Assembly: GCA_041556275.1 (NCBI GenBank)
Contig: JBFFIU010000003.1
Coordinates: forward strand, 1 to 38,970
Direction of reading: 5' to 3'
Length of the DNA stretch: 38,970 bases
Source of the DNA: Anaerolineales bacterium
Lineage (GTDB): Bacteria; Chloroflexota; Anaerolineae; Anaerolineales; UBA4823
Shown here: positions 1 through 9,365 of the stretch, piece after piece
Layout of the letters: every line of letters starts with the position of its first letter
Position numbering within the stretch: position 1 is the first letter of the stretch
Made by a program: the position numbers and the translations under genes
The notes under the pieces: generated by a model
Databases searched by the model: none
What the model saw: the letters and a program-made list of their open reading frames with translations, nothing else
What the model was told of the DNA's origin: nothing

Positions 1-1
1 A

Positions 2-259
2 GGTCGCTGGTTATGGCTGCGCACGATTTCTTCGACAATTGTTGGTCAAGGCGCTGATTCAGCGGTTTTCATCACCATCGCGTTTTGGGGGATTTTTCCC
101 ACATCTGCACTCGCTCAGGCGATCTTATCCCAATGGTTTTTTAAGGTTGTCTTTGAAATGCTTGCGACACCATTTACGTACCTGGTGGTGAATGCATTGA
201 AGCGTTCGGAGGGGGTGGATTACTATGATAAAGAGACCGACTTCTCAATTATTAGTTGA
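2..259 (+). CDS. Queuosine precursor transporter (VUT/YhhQ family), 5'-truncated by the window edge
   Basis: Frame 2 reads GRWLWLRTISSTIVGQGADSAVFITIAFWG...KVVFEMLATPFTYLVVNALKRSEGVDYYD, ending at TGA 257-259. LWLRT-SST-VGQ-DS is the typical VUT C-terminal motif. Not in the ORF track because it is partial. Confidence 0.85.
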   Translation, partial: GRWLWLRTISSTIVGQGADSAVFITIAFWGIFPTSALAQAILSQWFFKVVFEMLATPFTYLVVNALKRSEGVDYYDKETDFSIIS

Positions 260-361
260 AATTTCCACCCGGGTTGCCCGGTCCAGTTGTTATCCATGTC
301 AAATCTTGTATTACAATTGCAATTTGAATGCAAATCAGAACCCCCAATAGGAGGATAAATT

Positions 362-805
362 ATGGCAAGACGCAGAGGTGTCAGACGAACTGCACGCCGC
401 ACTACCCGCCGAACTGTCCGCCGTACACGGCGCAGGGTAAGGCGAAGAACAGTTATGTTAGGTGGTTTTGTATTACTTGCTGCGGGTGGAACCTACGCGG
501 CAGTTAAACTTAGCCAGAAAGATGCACAGCGTATCGAGGAACATACAGGATTGCCTCCGGATCAACTTGAAGATCAAGATCTGGAACAGGCGATGGGAGA
601 GCTCAACATCCAATCCCAGCCATTAACAGACGAAGAACAGGCTGCTTTGGGACAAGAGCCAGGAGCCTCACCCTCATCAGAACCTGCACCTGCTGGTGAA
701 GAATCTTACCTGGAGGAATTGGAGAAGTTAGCTGACTTGCGTGATAAGGGCATTGTCACCAATGAAGAGTTTGAAGCGAAGAAGAAGGAACTGCTTGGCC
801 TTTAG
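362..805 (+). CDS. Arg-rich N-terminus / single TM / acidic domain / C-terminal SHOCT protein (paralog 1)
   Basis: AGGAGG SD; 17 Arg in the first 29 aa; hydrophobic VMLGGFVLLAAGGTYAAV; C-terminal ELEKLADLRDKGIVTNEEFEAKKKELL matches the SHOCT pattern. Confidence 0.9.
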   Translation: MARRRGVRRTARRTTRRTVRRTRRRVRRRTVMLGGFVLLAAGGTYAAVKLSQKDAQRIEEHTGLPPDQLEDQDLEQAMGELNIQSQPLTDEEQAALGQEPGASPSSEPAPAGEESYLEELEKLADLRDKGIVTNEEFEAKKKELLGL

Positions 806-862
806 GGAAGTAACTCCTGATAATATTGCACTAAGTTGCAGCATAGCCCAGACCTGATATCT

Positions 863-899
863 AAAAAAAATGCCTTCAGTTTTTTTTGCTGAAGGCATT
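863..899. terminator. Intrinsic terminator hairpin (U-tract on minus strand; may also end the SHOCT gene transcript)
   Basis: 11-bp stem AATGCCTTCAG (869-879)/CTGAAGGCATT (889-899), with an A8 run at 863-870. Confidence 0.7.
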
Positions 900-1198
900 G
901 ATCATAAAATTATTAAATAATGATCACCCATTCTTTAATCTATCCCAATGTCTTCAGAATCAACTTGCATTAGCTTCTTTGATTATATTCTTGAAGATAT
1001 TCAATGTTTTGTTCATATCTTCCTTGATCAATGCAAAATATAAGAATCAGGGTTCTCGATCGCCTGCGACTGAGTGTACATCCCGCTCGCTCAATCTCAT
1101 ACTGATATTTTCATATGGTCTATAAATTCAGGATCAATTTCGGGCCAAGAGTTAGTGCAGAATTTTGATGTGTAAATGAAAATTATGGAGGTGGCTGG

Positions 1199-2053
1199 AT
1201 GTCGTTCTTCGGAATTTATATTGATCCACTTTATCTATTCATTTTTTTCATAACTCTGGCTATATCCATCGCAGCCCAGGTTTTCATGAGTTCAACTTTC
1301 AAGAAGTGGAACCAGATTCGCAATGGTCCTGATTTAAGCGGCACCGAAGCAGGTTACGCTATTGTCAACCGCACAGGATTAGGTGGAGGTAAACCAGTGG
1401 CAGTTTCCATTATTGAGACACCTGAACTCAGAAAGCTGGCTGAACTTAGGGATAAAGGAGCGATTACTGAGGGAGAGTACCAGGCAAAGAGAGGGCAAAT
1501 CAAACCGCCAAAGATTCAGGATACTTCTATAAACACCTCCGAGATCGAATTTCAACATGTCTCGGGCAACCTTACCGATCATTATGATCCTCGTACTCAA
1601 ACCGTCCGTCTCTCTGATGGTGTTGCCAAGAGACATTCAGTTGCTGCAATGGCAATAGTCGCCCATGAATTGGGTCATGCTCAGCAGCATGAGGAAAATT
1701 CCGCCCTCATTTCAATGCGGAATTTCTTAGTACCAGCTGTATCAGTCAGTCCTCAGATAGCTTATTTGTTAATCATTATTGGTTTGATTTTTAATCTTGC
1801 CGGTGCATTCTGGCTGGGTGTTATCTTTTATGGCCTCATGGTTCTATTTTCGATTGTCACTTTACCTGTGGAGTTCGATGCCAGCCGCCGAGGGCGTAAC
1901 CTGCTACGAGAAGCCGGGTTGATGAAGACCGATCAGGATAAAGCAGGATCACAGCGGGTCCTGATGGCGGCCGCCTCAACGTATATTGCCGCCGCAATAA
2001 CAGCCATCCTCCAATTGTTTTATTACATAAGCATTGGGAGACGTCGTTCTTGA
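1199..2053 (+). CDS. YugP-type neutral zinc metallopeptidase (Zn_peptidase_2) with inserted SHOCT domain
   Basis: GGAGG SD; motifs LTDHYDP, VAHELGHAQQ (HExxH), TLPVEFDASRR, VLMAAASTY; a ~52-aa insertion containing a SHOCT motif. Confidence 0.9.
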   Translation: MSFFGIYIDPLYLFIFFITLAISIAAQVFMSSTFKKWNQIRNGPDLSGTEAGYAIVNRTGLGGGKPVAVSIIETPELRKLAELRDKGAITEGEYQAKRGQIKPPKIQDTSINTSEIEFQHVSGNLTDHYDPRTQTVRLSDGVAKRHSVAAMAIVAHELGHAQQHEENSALISMRNFLVPAVSVSPQIAYLLIIIGLIFNLAGAFWLGVIFYGLMVLFSIVTLPVEFDASRRGRNLLREAGLMKTDQDKAGSQRVLMAAASTYIAAAITAILQLFYYISIGRRRS

Positions 2054-2116
2054 GATTTTTTGGGTATCCACTATTGCCTATCCAAATTAAGGATCAGCAT
2101 AAACCTTGAGGTGCCA

Positions 2117-3799
2117 TTGTCCACCATCACATCCAGAATGAAATACAATCCAAAAAACCTGTCTGCTGATATCCCTGCTGGGATAACTACTGCCCTGGTC
2201 ACCATTCCAGATGGCTTAGCTTCTGCCATATTAGCGGGTGTGAATCCTGTTCATGGTCTTTATGCACTCATGTTTGGCACGCCAATTGCCGCGCTAACAT
2301 TAAGTTCCCAGTACATGTACGTGGCAAATACAGGTGCTCTGGCAGTAGCAGTTGGAGACGCCTTGGGGGAATACCAGGGAACTGTGCAGTTGACCGTCGC
2401 CTTGGTTACCCTGACCGTTATGGTTGGCTTGTTCCAGCTGCTCTTGGGTGTACTCAAATTAGGCTGGATCACGCGCTACGTTTCCAATGCCGTTCTGGTG
2501 GGTTTCATGACTGGCATTGCTGCCTTGATCATTCTTGGACAGATCCCCAATCTGACCGGATTCGAAAGCCAATTCAGTAACAAGCTGATGGCTTCCATCG
2601 ATACCTTTTTGCATCCTCGCAGTTGGGATTGGCCTACTGTGCTGGTTAGCGTGGTCACCTTTGCATTAATTTATTTACTTGGCCGTACAAGATTGGCAAA
2701 ATTCAATATGATTTTTGCTCTTCTTGGTGCCACTGTGTTGGTAGGATTCTTGAAAATGAATTCTGTAGATCTGATTGGGGATATTGCAGAAATTCCAGAA
2801 GGGTTTCCTTTACCTAAGTTGCCTGATCCGAATCTAATACTATCCTTGATAGCCCCTGCTTTGGCGATCGGTTTGGTCGGACTAATTCAAGGTGCAGGAG
2901 TCAGCAAGAGTGTGCCCAACGCGGATGGCAATTATCCTGATGTTTCGCGCGATTTTACTGGACAGGGTTTAGCTAACACCGCCTCAGGAATTTTCCAGGG
3001 TCTCCCAATTGGCGGTACTATGTCAGAGACTGCTGTCAATATCAGTTCGGGTGCCAAAACGCGCCTGGCGAATTTATTCTCTGGATTATTAATTGTCCTT
3101 CTTGTACTCCTAGTGGGTGATCTGATCGAACTGGTGGCAATGCCAGCTGTTGGTGTATTGTTGGTTGTGGCAGGATATGGTTCTATAAAATTCCCAGAGA
3201 TTGAAGATGTACGTGATACTGGGGCAGGTCCCCGTTATGTGATGGTATTCACTTTTTTGGCGACACTATTTCTCCAAATCCAATATGCGGTTCTAATGGG
3301 GGTGATCCTTTCTATACTCATTTACCTCTACCGCTCATCAACCGATATCCGTCTCGTCGAGCTTATCCCTGAAGAAGATGGCGCGATCTTAGAACGCGAG
3401 GCTCCAACAAATCTGCGCGAGAATGATGTCACCATACTGCGTATATATGGGAGCCTGCATTTCTCTGGTGCAGCTATGCTGGAAGAGACACTCCCGCCAG
3501 CCCAGGATTCCAACCGGGCTGTTGTCATCCTGCAATTGCGAGGCTTGGATAATGTTGGCAGTACCTTTATCAGAGTTGTTGAACGTTACGCGCAACTCTT
3601 ATTGGCGAATGGAGGCAAACTTTACCTGACCGGTGTTCATCCGCATGTTTTCAAACAGTTGGAATTGACCGAAACAACCGATACTATTCTTGAAGAGGAT
3701 ATTTATCTTGAAGAGGAGATGTTAGGCAGCTCCACCAGGAAAGCAATCCATTCAGCGCGGACCTGGCTCACTGATTCGGAGCAGGAAGTAGAAAGATGA
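2117..3799 (+). CDS. SulP family inorganic anion transporter with C-terminal STAS domain
   Basis: ADIPAGITTALVTIPDGLASAILAGVNPVHGLYA, SNAVLVGFMTG, GAKTRLANLFSG; STAS-like IYGSLHFSGA. Start is probably TTG 2117 (GAGGTG SD) or ATG 2138, not 2060. Confidence 0.92.
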   Translation: MSTITSRMKYNPKNLSADIPAGITTALVTIPDGLASAILAGVNPVHGLYALMFGTPIAALTLSSQYMYVANTGALAVAVGDALGEYQGTVQLTVALVTLTVMVGLFQLLLGVLKLGWITRYVSNAVLVGFMTGIAALIILGQIPNLTGFESQFSNKLMASIDTFLHPRSWDWPTVLVSVVTFALIYLLGRTRLAKFNMIFALLGATVLVGFLKMNSVDLIGDIAEIPEGFPLPKLPDPNLILSLIAPALAIGLVGLIQGAGVSKSVPNADGNYPDVSRDFTGQGLANTASGIFQGLPIGGTMSETAVNISSGAKTRLANLFSGLLIVLLVLLVGDLIELVAMPAVGVLLVVAGYGSIKFPEIEDVRDTGAGPRYVMVFTFLATLFLQIQYAVLMGVILSILIYLYRSSTDIRLVELIPEEDGAILEREAPTNLRENDVTILRIYGSLHFSGAAMLEETLPPAQDSNRAVVILQLRGLDNVGSTFIRVVERYAQLLLANGGKLYLTGVHPHVFKQLELTETTDTILEEDIYLEEEMLGSSTRKAIHSARTWLTDSEQEVER

Positions 3800-3951
3800 T
3801 TTGCTATTCAAATTTTATCCACGCAATCGGCGCTCATACAAAAACTGAGTTTATTCGTAATCATCAGTCATATATGTTAAACTTGTATTCGCTTTTATTC
3901 AAATATAGGTAAAAATGCTAAACAGATTCCAATAATCAAGGAGGTTATTAT

Positions 3952-4365
3952 ATGAGAAGAGGTCGAGCGATGCGCACGACTCGACGGCGAACAAGACGCC
4001 GGGTTCGCCGTCGTCATCGTAGACGAAGACGAAGAAGGATTTTAGTTGGAGGCGCGATCCTCTTGGGAGGTGGGGCACTAATCTACAAATTAACTAGGCA
4101 AGACACCGAGAGAATCGAAGAACATACCGGACAATCAGCTGAAGATTTATCTGATCAGGAACTTCAACAAGCGATGAGAGATTTGAATATCCAATCACAG
4201 GACCTCACCGATGAAGATCGCGCGACTCTTGGACAAGATGAAGGTGATGCCGCAAGCGAAACCTCCTATCTGGATGAACTGGAAAGATTAGGTCAGCTGC
4301 GTGATCAGGGGATCATTACTGATGATGAATTCGAAGCAAAGAAGAAAGAGCTGCTGGGTTTATAG
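3952..4365 (+). CDS. Arg-rich N-terminus / single TM / acidic domain / SHOCT protein (paralog 2)
   Basis: AAGGAGG SD; 20 Arg in the first 29 aa; TM ILVGGAILLGGGALIY; shares RIEEHTG, LNIQSQ and FEAKKKELLGL with 362-805. Confidence 0.9.
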   Translation: MRRGRAMRTTRRRTRRRVRRRHRRRRRRRILVGGAILLGGGALIYKLTRQDTERIEEHTGQSAEDLSDQELQQAMRDLNIQSQDLTDEDRATLGQDEGDAASETSYLDELERLGQLRDQGIITDDEFEAKKKELLGL

Positions 4366-4401
4366 CAGCTGAAATACAAATTTATTTTCAAGGAGAAAAG
4401 A

Positions 4402-4890
4402 ATGTCCAATTTGATCGTATTCACTTTTGATAACGAGACTGAAGCCGAGCGCATGCGCGATGCTTTGGTGAGCATGGAAAAGCAGAAGCTCATTTCCCTC
4501 GAAGATGCTGCTGTGGTTGTTCGCCGCCAGGACGGCAAGGTCAAAGTCAAGCAAGCACAAAGTCTGGTTGGTGCTGGTGCGCTTGGCGGATCTTTCTGGG
4601 GGCTGCTGATTGGATTGCTATTTTGGGCACCCTGGTTAGGATTGGCAATCGGGGCAGCAACAGGCGCTATTGCTGGTGGTCTCACCGATGTTGGCGTGGA
4701 TGATAAGTTCATAAAAGAAGTTGGCGATAAAATCGAGCCTGGTCACTCTGCTCTATTCTTGCTGGTGATCGATGCCACCCCAGATAAAGTAATGGAAGGA
4801 TTGCAGGGTTTCAGTCCATCCGTTTACCAGACTTCACTTTCCGATGAAGACGATGCTAAACTACGTGCTGCCTTTGGTGAGGAAGACTAA
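4402..4890 (+). CDS. DUF1269 family membrane protein
   Basis: LEDAAVVVRRQDGKVKVKQ, GALGGSFWGLLIGLLF, DVGVDDKFIKEVG, PGHSALFLLV, TSLSDEDDAKLRAA; AAGGAG SD. Confidence 0.9.
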   Translation: MSNLIVFTFDNETEAERMRDALVSMEKQKLISLEDAAVVVRRQDGKVKVKQAQSLVGAGALGGSFWGLLIGLLFWAPWLGLAIGAATGAIAGGLTDVGVDDKFIKEVGDKIEPGHSALFLLVIDATPDKVMEGLQGFSPSVYQTSLSDEDDAKLRAAFGEED

Positions 4891-4928
4891 CTTATCTGAG
4901 TAAATCCTTCAGATCATATATTCTGACC

Positions 4929-4967
4929 AGAAACCGGGTTTTCTCATAATCCCGGTTTCTATTTTTT
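4929..4967 (+). terminator. Rho-independent terminator
   Basis: AGAAACCGGG/CCCGGTTTCT 10-bp stem followed by ATTTTTT, lying between convergent genes. Confidence 0.8.
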
Positions 4968-5071
4968 AAGAATATGTGTATTTTAGATTAAAATCTCCCC
5001 TCTCCCTATTCAGTAGTATGCAAATGATAATCGGTATATATTGAAATTATCTGCGCTGAAGATCTGACAAT

Positions 5072-6733
5072 TTAAACGGTCTTCAAGTATTGATGGATCA
5101 ACTTCACGGCCATTGCTCCCTCGCCGACTGCAGTGGCCACCCTCTTGACTGACCCATGACGAACATCACCGGCGGCGAAGATTCCTGGAACGCTGGTCTC
5201 AAGGTAAAACGGGTCGCGTTTCGGTTTCCAACCTTGCGGCCGTTTTCCATCTTCAAGCAGATCCTGGCCGGTAAGAATGAACCCAACCCGGTCTCGCTCA
5301 ACGACATCCGCAATCAGGTCTGATCTCGGAATTGCTCCAATGAAAATGAACAGGGCTGCCGCAGATCGGGTCTCCTTTTCACCGGTGTTGCGATTACCGA
5401 ATGTGATCGACTCAAGTACCTCTGATCCTGCGACACTGATCACTTCTGTATCGTCGAGTACTTCGATGTTTTCGATTGCAGCGATCTGCTTGACCAGATA
5501 GGCAGACATGCTTCTCGAGAGTGAACTGCTGCGCGAGAGCATGGTGACTTTTCGGGCGTAGCGGGAGAAGAAAACCGCCGCCTGTCCAGCGGAATTCGCT
5601 CCACCTGCAATGAATACGTCCTGGTCTTTATAAGCGATAGCTTCGGCCAGGGATGCACCGTAATACACACCTGCACCATATAGTTTCTCGATTCCGGGCT
5701 CGGTGAGCTGACGCGTATTGACCCCAGTCGTGAGGAGCAGCGCAAGGCAGCTGAGCTCGCTCCCATCGCTCAATACCAAATAACGGTATGGATCCTCAAG
5801 GCGAACTTTTTCAACGCTCTGTGCCATGAGTATCTCTACATCGAAACGCTTGGCTTGCGTTGCAGCTCTTCGAGCCAATTCCGCGCCGCTGATTCCCTGG
5901 GGAAATCCCAGGTAGTTCTCAATTTTTGAGCTGGTTCCAGCTTGCCCACCGACTGCTTCCTTCTCGATCATCAGGGTTTTTAATCCTTCGGAACCACCAT
6001 AAACAGCAGCACCCAATCCTGCGGGTCCTCCTCCGACAATGATCAGGTCGTAAAATGGATGCACTGCCTCGGTCTGTAAGCCGACTTTTTCAGCCAGCTC
6101 CTTTGTATCCGGTTCGACGAGAATGCTTCCATCAGGGAAGAAAATTACCGGTAAGCGATCTTGTTTTCCACCAATAGTATCAATCAAGGATTTGGCTTCG
6201 TGATCTTTTTCGATATCTAACCATTGATATGGAATCTGATTGCGTGTCAAGAAATCTTTTACCGTGTGACTGCTGGTAGACCAAAGTGTGCCTGCCACTC
6301 GAATGCCGTGATATGGAACTCGCCGCGCGGCATACCAATCACTCAGCAGTTCATCCAGTAGGGGGTATAGTTTTTCCTCCGGAGGATCCCAGGGTTTCAG
6401 CAAGTAGAAGTCCAATCCTATTGAATTAATACTCTCTATGGCTGCTTCTGTATCTGAGTAAGCGGTAAGCAGTACTTTACGCGCCTCTGGGTAAAATTTG
6501 GTTGCCCTAGCTAAGAATTCCGTGCCGCTCATATCCGGCATTCGTTGATCGACTAAGAATAACGCGATTTGAGTGTTCCGTTGTTTCAGTCTCAATACAA
6601 TATCGAGTGCTTCACTACCTGATCCAGCCTCGATGATCTGGTAATCTCTCTGGTATCGTGCATGTAGATCACGCCCTACCGCTTTGAGAACAACCGGCTC
6701 ATCATCCACTGACATGATTACGGGTTTATCCAT
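5072..6733 (-). CDS. Response-regulator receiver + glutaredoxin-like + thioredoxin-reductase-like FAD oxidoreductase fusion
   Basis: REC motifs VDDE, VDQRMP, LLTAYSD, KPW; FAD motifs IVGGGPAGL and PGIFAAGDVR; NAD(P) motif AGGANSAGQ; AAGGAG SD. Confidence 0.92.
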   Translation of the reverse strand: MDKPVIMSVDDEPVVLKAVGRDLHARYQRDYQIIEAGSGSEALDIVLRLKQRNTQIALFLVDQRMPDMSGTEFLARATKFYPEARKVLLTAYSDTEAAIESINSIGLDFYLLKPWDPPEEKLYPLLDELLSDWYAARRVPYHGIRVAGTLWSTSSHTVKDFLTRNQIPYQWLDIEKDHEAKSLIDTIGGKQDRLPVIFFPDGSILVEPDTKELAEKVGLQTEAVHPFYDLIIVGGGPAGLGAAVYGGSEGLKTLMIEKEAVGGQAGTSSKIENYLGFPQGISGAELARRAATQAKRFDVEILMAQSVEKVRLEDPYRYLVLSDGSELSCLALLLTTGVNTRQLTEPGIEKLYGAGVYYGASLAEAIAYKDQDVFIAGGANSAGQAAVFFSRYARKVTMLSRSSSLSRSMSAYLVKQIAAIENIEVLDDTEVISVAGSEVLESITFGNRNTGEKETRSAAALFIFIGAIPRSDLIADVVERDRVGFILTGQDLLEDGKRPQGWKPKRDPFYLETSVPGIFAAGDVRHGSVKRVATAVGEGAMAVKLIHQYLKTV

Positions 6734-7029
6734 CTCAATTCTCCTTTAGTTATATGATCATCTGATCGCTATTAAAAAACCGCTGTCGCGCGGCCGTCGG
6801 AATTTTCAGATTGAAGATATATCATTTTCCCACCTTCACAAGGATCGTTTCCACACAATATCTACCTAAATGATTATTTATAACTTATACCTTTAAAGTC
6901 AATTTTGTTCAAGATCACGCTTCTTCAGAGAAAATATCGCTATATTATTCAACATTCAGGATGGTAGAATTCTATTTCATTAGAATTATTATCTGCTGGA
7001 ATTCTTACGAAGATTTGTCGAGATATGCT

Positions 7030-8022
7030 TTGGAAAAACAAATAAAGGAAAGATTCAACAACCTGATCTTGATGAAGGTTATCCAATCTTATGGCGTAAG
7101 AAATGATGACATCCAACTATTAGATGGATTCGAGAGCTTCATTTATGAATTTGACCGGGATGGAAAGAGTTACATCCTGCGCATCGGTCACGACCTCCGC
7201 CGTAGTGAAAACCTCATTCGCGGGGAGGTTGATTGGATCAACTACCTCCATCGTGGAGGGGCATCGGTATCGAAAGCCATCTTGACCATACATGGAGACC
7301 TTGTCGTGGCGGTCCCAGATGATCGGGGTGGACATTTTTTAGCAACCGCATTTGAAAAAGCCAAAGGTAAACCGGCCACGAAAGAAGTATGGAGCAAAGT
7401 GCTTTATGAGCGTTATGGGCGCCTGATCGGGAAGATGCATTCTTTAACCAAGGATTACTCTCCCTCCGATCCCTCCTGGATTCGTCCGCAATGGGATGGA
7501 CCTGAAATGTTGGATATCATTGGTTGGTTGCCGGATTCTGAGTCTTTGGTGCTCCAGAAGTATCTCGATTTAAAATCCCACATTGATAAACTACCAAAGA
7601 ATAAGGATATATTCGGGCTTATCCACCAGGATGCTCATGCGGGAAATTTCTATGTGGATGAGAAGGGAGAGATCACACTGTTTGATTTTGACGATTGTAC
7701 TTATAGTTGGTTTATCAACGATATCGCTATCGTTTTATTTTACATCGTCATGGGACAGAAAGATCAATCCTCCTTCACAAGGGAGTTTATGACCTACTTC
7801 CTAAAGGGATACTGCCAAGAAAATCAAATTGAGACGGAATGGCTGATTGATATCCCCTTATTCTTGAAACTGCGCGAGATTGACCTGTACGCTGTGATCC
7901 ATCGCAGTTTCGATGTTGAAAACATCGACCACCCTTGGGTTGCGATGTATATGGAAAACCGCAAGGAACGGATCGAGAACGAAGTGCCTTTTGTCGAGTT
8001 CGATTTTTCGTCTTTATATTGA
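7030..8022 (+). CDS. APH/choline-kinase-like phosphotransferase (YerI/AmiN-like)
   Basis: Brenner motif IHQDAHAGNF and LFDFDD; YILRI; WFINDIAI. Start more likely TTG 7030 than ATG 6961. Confidence 0.85.
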   Translation: MEKQIKERFNNLILMKVIQSYGVRNDDIQLLDGFESFIYEFDRDGKSYILRIGHDLRRSENLIRGEVDWINYLHRGGASVSKAILTIHGDLVVAVPDDRGGHFLATAFEKAKGKPATKEVWSKVLYERYGRLIGKMHSLTKDYSPSDPSWIRPQWDGPEMLDIIGWLPDSESLVLQKYLDLKSHIDKLPKNKDIFGLIHQDAHAGNFYVDEKGEITLFDFDDCTYSWFINDIAIVLFYIVMGQKDQSSFTREFMTYFLKGYCQENQIETEWLIDIPLFLKLREIDLYAVIHRSFDVENIDHPWVAMYMENRKERIENEVPFVEFDFSSLY

Positions 8023-8081
8023 AATTTATTGGTTAATGAAGAATTGTAAGGGACTCTACGAAAATTTATCTGGGGGAATCC

Positions 8082-8513
8082 CTAACGTCCAATAATATAT
8101 TTTTCGAGCTGATCGATGACAAACTCTTGCTCAGAGATAATATCCTTAACCACATCTCCGATAGAGATCACACCGACGAGTTGTTCACCATCAAACACTG
8201 GTAGGTGTCGAATGCGCTTTTCTGTCATTATCGCCATGCACTCGTTAACTGGAGTACGAATATTAACACATATCACTTTAGCGGTCATGATCTCGCGCAC
8301 CAACGTGTCCTTGGAGGCTTTCCCTTTCAGGATGATCTTCCTGGCGTAATCCCGTTCGGAAATGACGCCCACCAATTCATCATTTTCCATCACTAGCAAG
8401 GCGCCAGCCTCTTTATCTGCCATCATTACAAGCGCATCGTAAACCGATGCATCAGGATGAACTGACCAAATCTCGTGGCCCTTCGACTTTAAGAGACTCT
8501 CTGCTGTATCCAA
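8082..8513 (-). CDS. Tandem CBS domain protein
   Basis: LVGVISERDYARK, VREIMT, RIRHLPV, LVGVISIGDVVK; TTG start with GGGAGAG SD. Confidence 0.93.
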   Translation of the reverse strand: MDTAESLLKSKGHEIWSVHPDASVYDALVMMADKEAGALLVMENDELVGVISERDYARKIILKGKASKDTLVREIMTAKVICVNIRTPVNECMAIMTEKRIRHLPVFDGEQLVGVISIGDVVKDIISEQEFVIDQLEKYIIGR

Positions 8514-8682
8514 TGCTCACTCTCCCTTCATATGTTTAAATTTCCCCAGAAAATCCCATGGAGATATTCCTTCAAGAAATGTTATCAGACAATTTTACTC
8601 TATAAAATGGATTTAATAAGTCCTCGTTGACAACTAACCTACATAATTTTCCTTTAAAGCTATTCTGGAATTGATTGAACAG

Positions 8683-9303
8683 TTATTTTGATTTCCTCTG
8701 GTAGTGCCGTTGTGCTTTGGCGCGGTTGCCGCAGTTTTCCATACTGCACCAGCGGCGGCTGTGGTTTCGGCTGGTATCATAGAACAAATAGCCACAACCA
8801 CGTTCGTCCGCGCATTCTCCTACCCTGCTTATTTCCTTCGAAGTGAGAAGGTTTGCCGTTTCCTGTATGATCGGCCAGAGGGTTCTGTCAAATGAAATAT
8901 CATTTGTTTGCCACGTCCACACGAAACCTTTTGGAGTATAGGAGATGGCTGATTTCTTTAGTGTATTCCCCAGTGCACGGTTAAACTTTGATAGATCTTG
9001 GGTCTTTGGTTCTTCCCTAGCTGCGATAGCCGAAAATATGCGATAAATGATCTCCCGCATCTCAATCGCTCTCCTGAATGCCTTGGAGGCCTCTCGCTGA
9101 TGATGTTTTGCTTTGACTAGTAAACTCTTAGTTTCAGCTTCGGAGAGGAGACCGGCTTCTTGAGACCAGGCGACCAGGTCCGAATAGTTCTCCAAGTGAT
9201 CATCCGGAAGGACACTTGCATGCCATTCAACCGTATTGGCAAAGTCCAGCGGCAGCTTGCCCGCATCGAAATCCCATTTCTTGTCGATATTTGTTGCATT
9301 CAT
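8683..9303 (-). CDS. ABATE / CGNR zinc-finger putative transcriptional regulator
   Basis: LDFANT near the N-terminus; C-terminal CADERGCGYLFYDTSRNHSRRWCSMENCGNRAK. Confidence 0.93.
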   Translation of the reverse strand: MNATNIDKKWDFDAGKLPLDFANTVEWHASVLPDDHLENYSDLVAWSQEAGLLSEAETKSLLVKAKHHQREASKAFRRAIEMREIIYRIFSAIAAREEPKTQDLSKFNRALGNTLKKSAISYTPKGFVWTWQTNDISFDRTLWPIIQETANLLTSKEISRVGECADERGCGYLFYDTSRNHSRRWCSMENCGNRAKAQRHYQRKSK

Positions 9304-9329
9304 TGTAAGTTCCGTCTTCAGAATACACG

Positions 9330-9365
9330 TTTATAACCTACTAAATCGTCTTGACAGGTTATAAA
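9330..9365. promoter_or_regulatory. Palindromic operator 1 (TAACC-N18-GGTTA)
   Basis: 10-bp inverted repeat TTTATAACCT (9330-9339)/AGGTTATAAA (9356-9365) enclosing the -35 hexamer. Confidence 0.7.

Noticed and set aside
362-450. Twin-arginine (Tat) signal in the Arg-rich proteins
   Set aside because: No S/T-R-R-x-F-L-K consensus; the Arg content far exceeds a Tat n-region. Not fully excluded.
886-1125. 79-aa plus-strand ORF
   Set aside because: TTG start inside a terminator hairpin, no SD, AT-rich low-information sequence.
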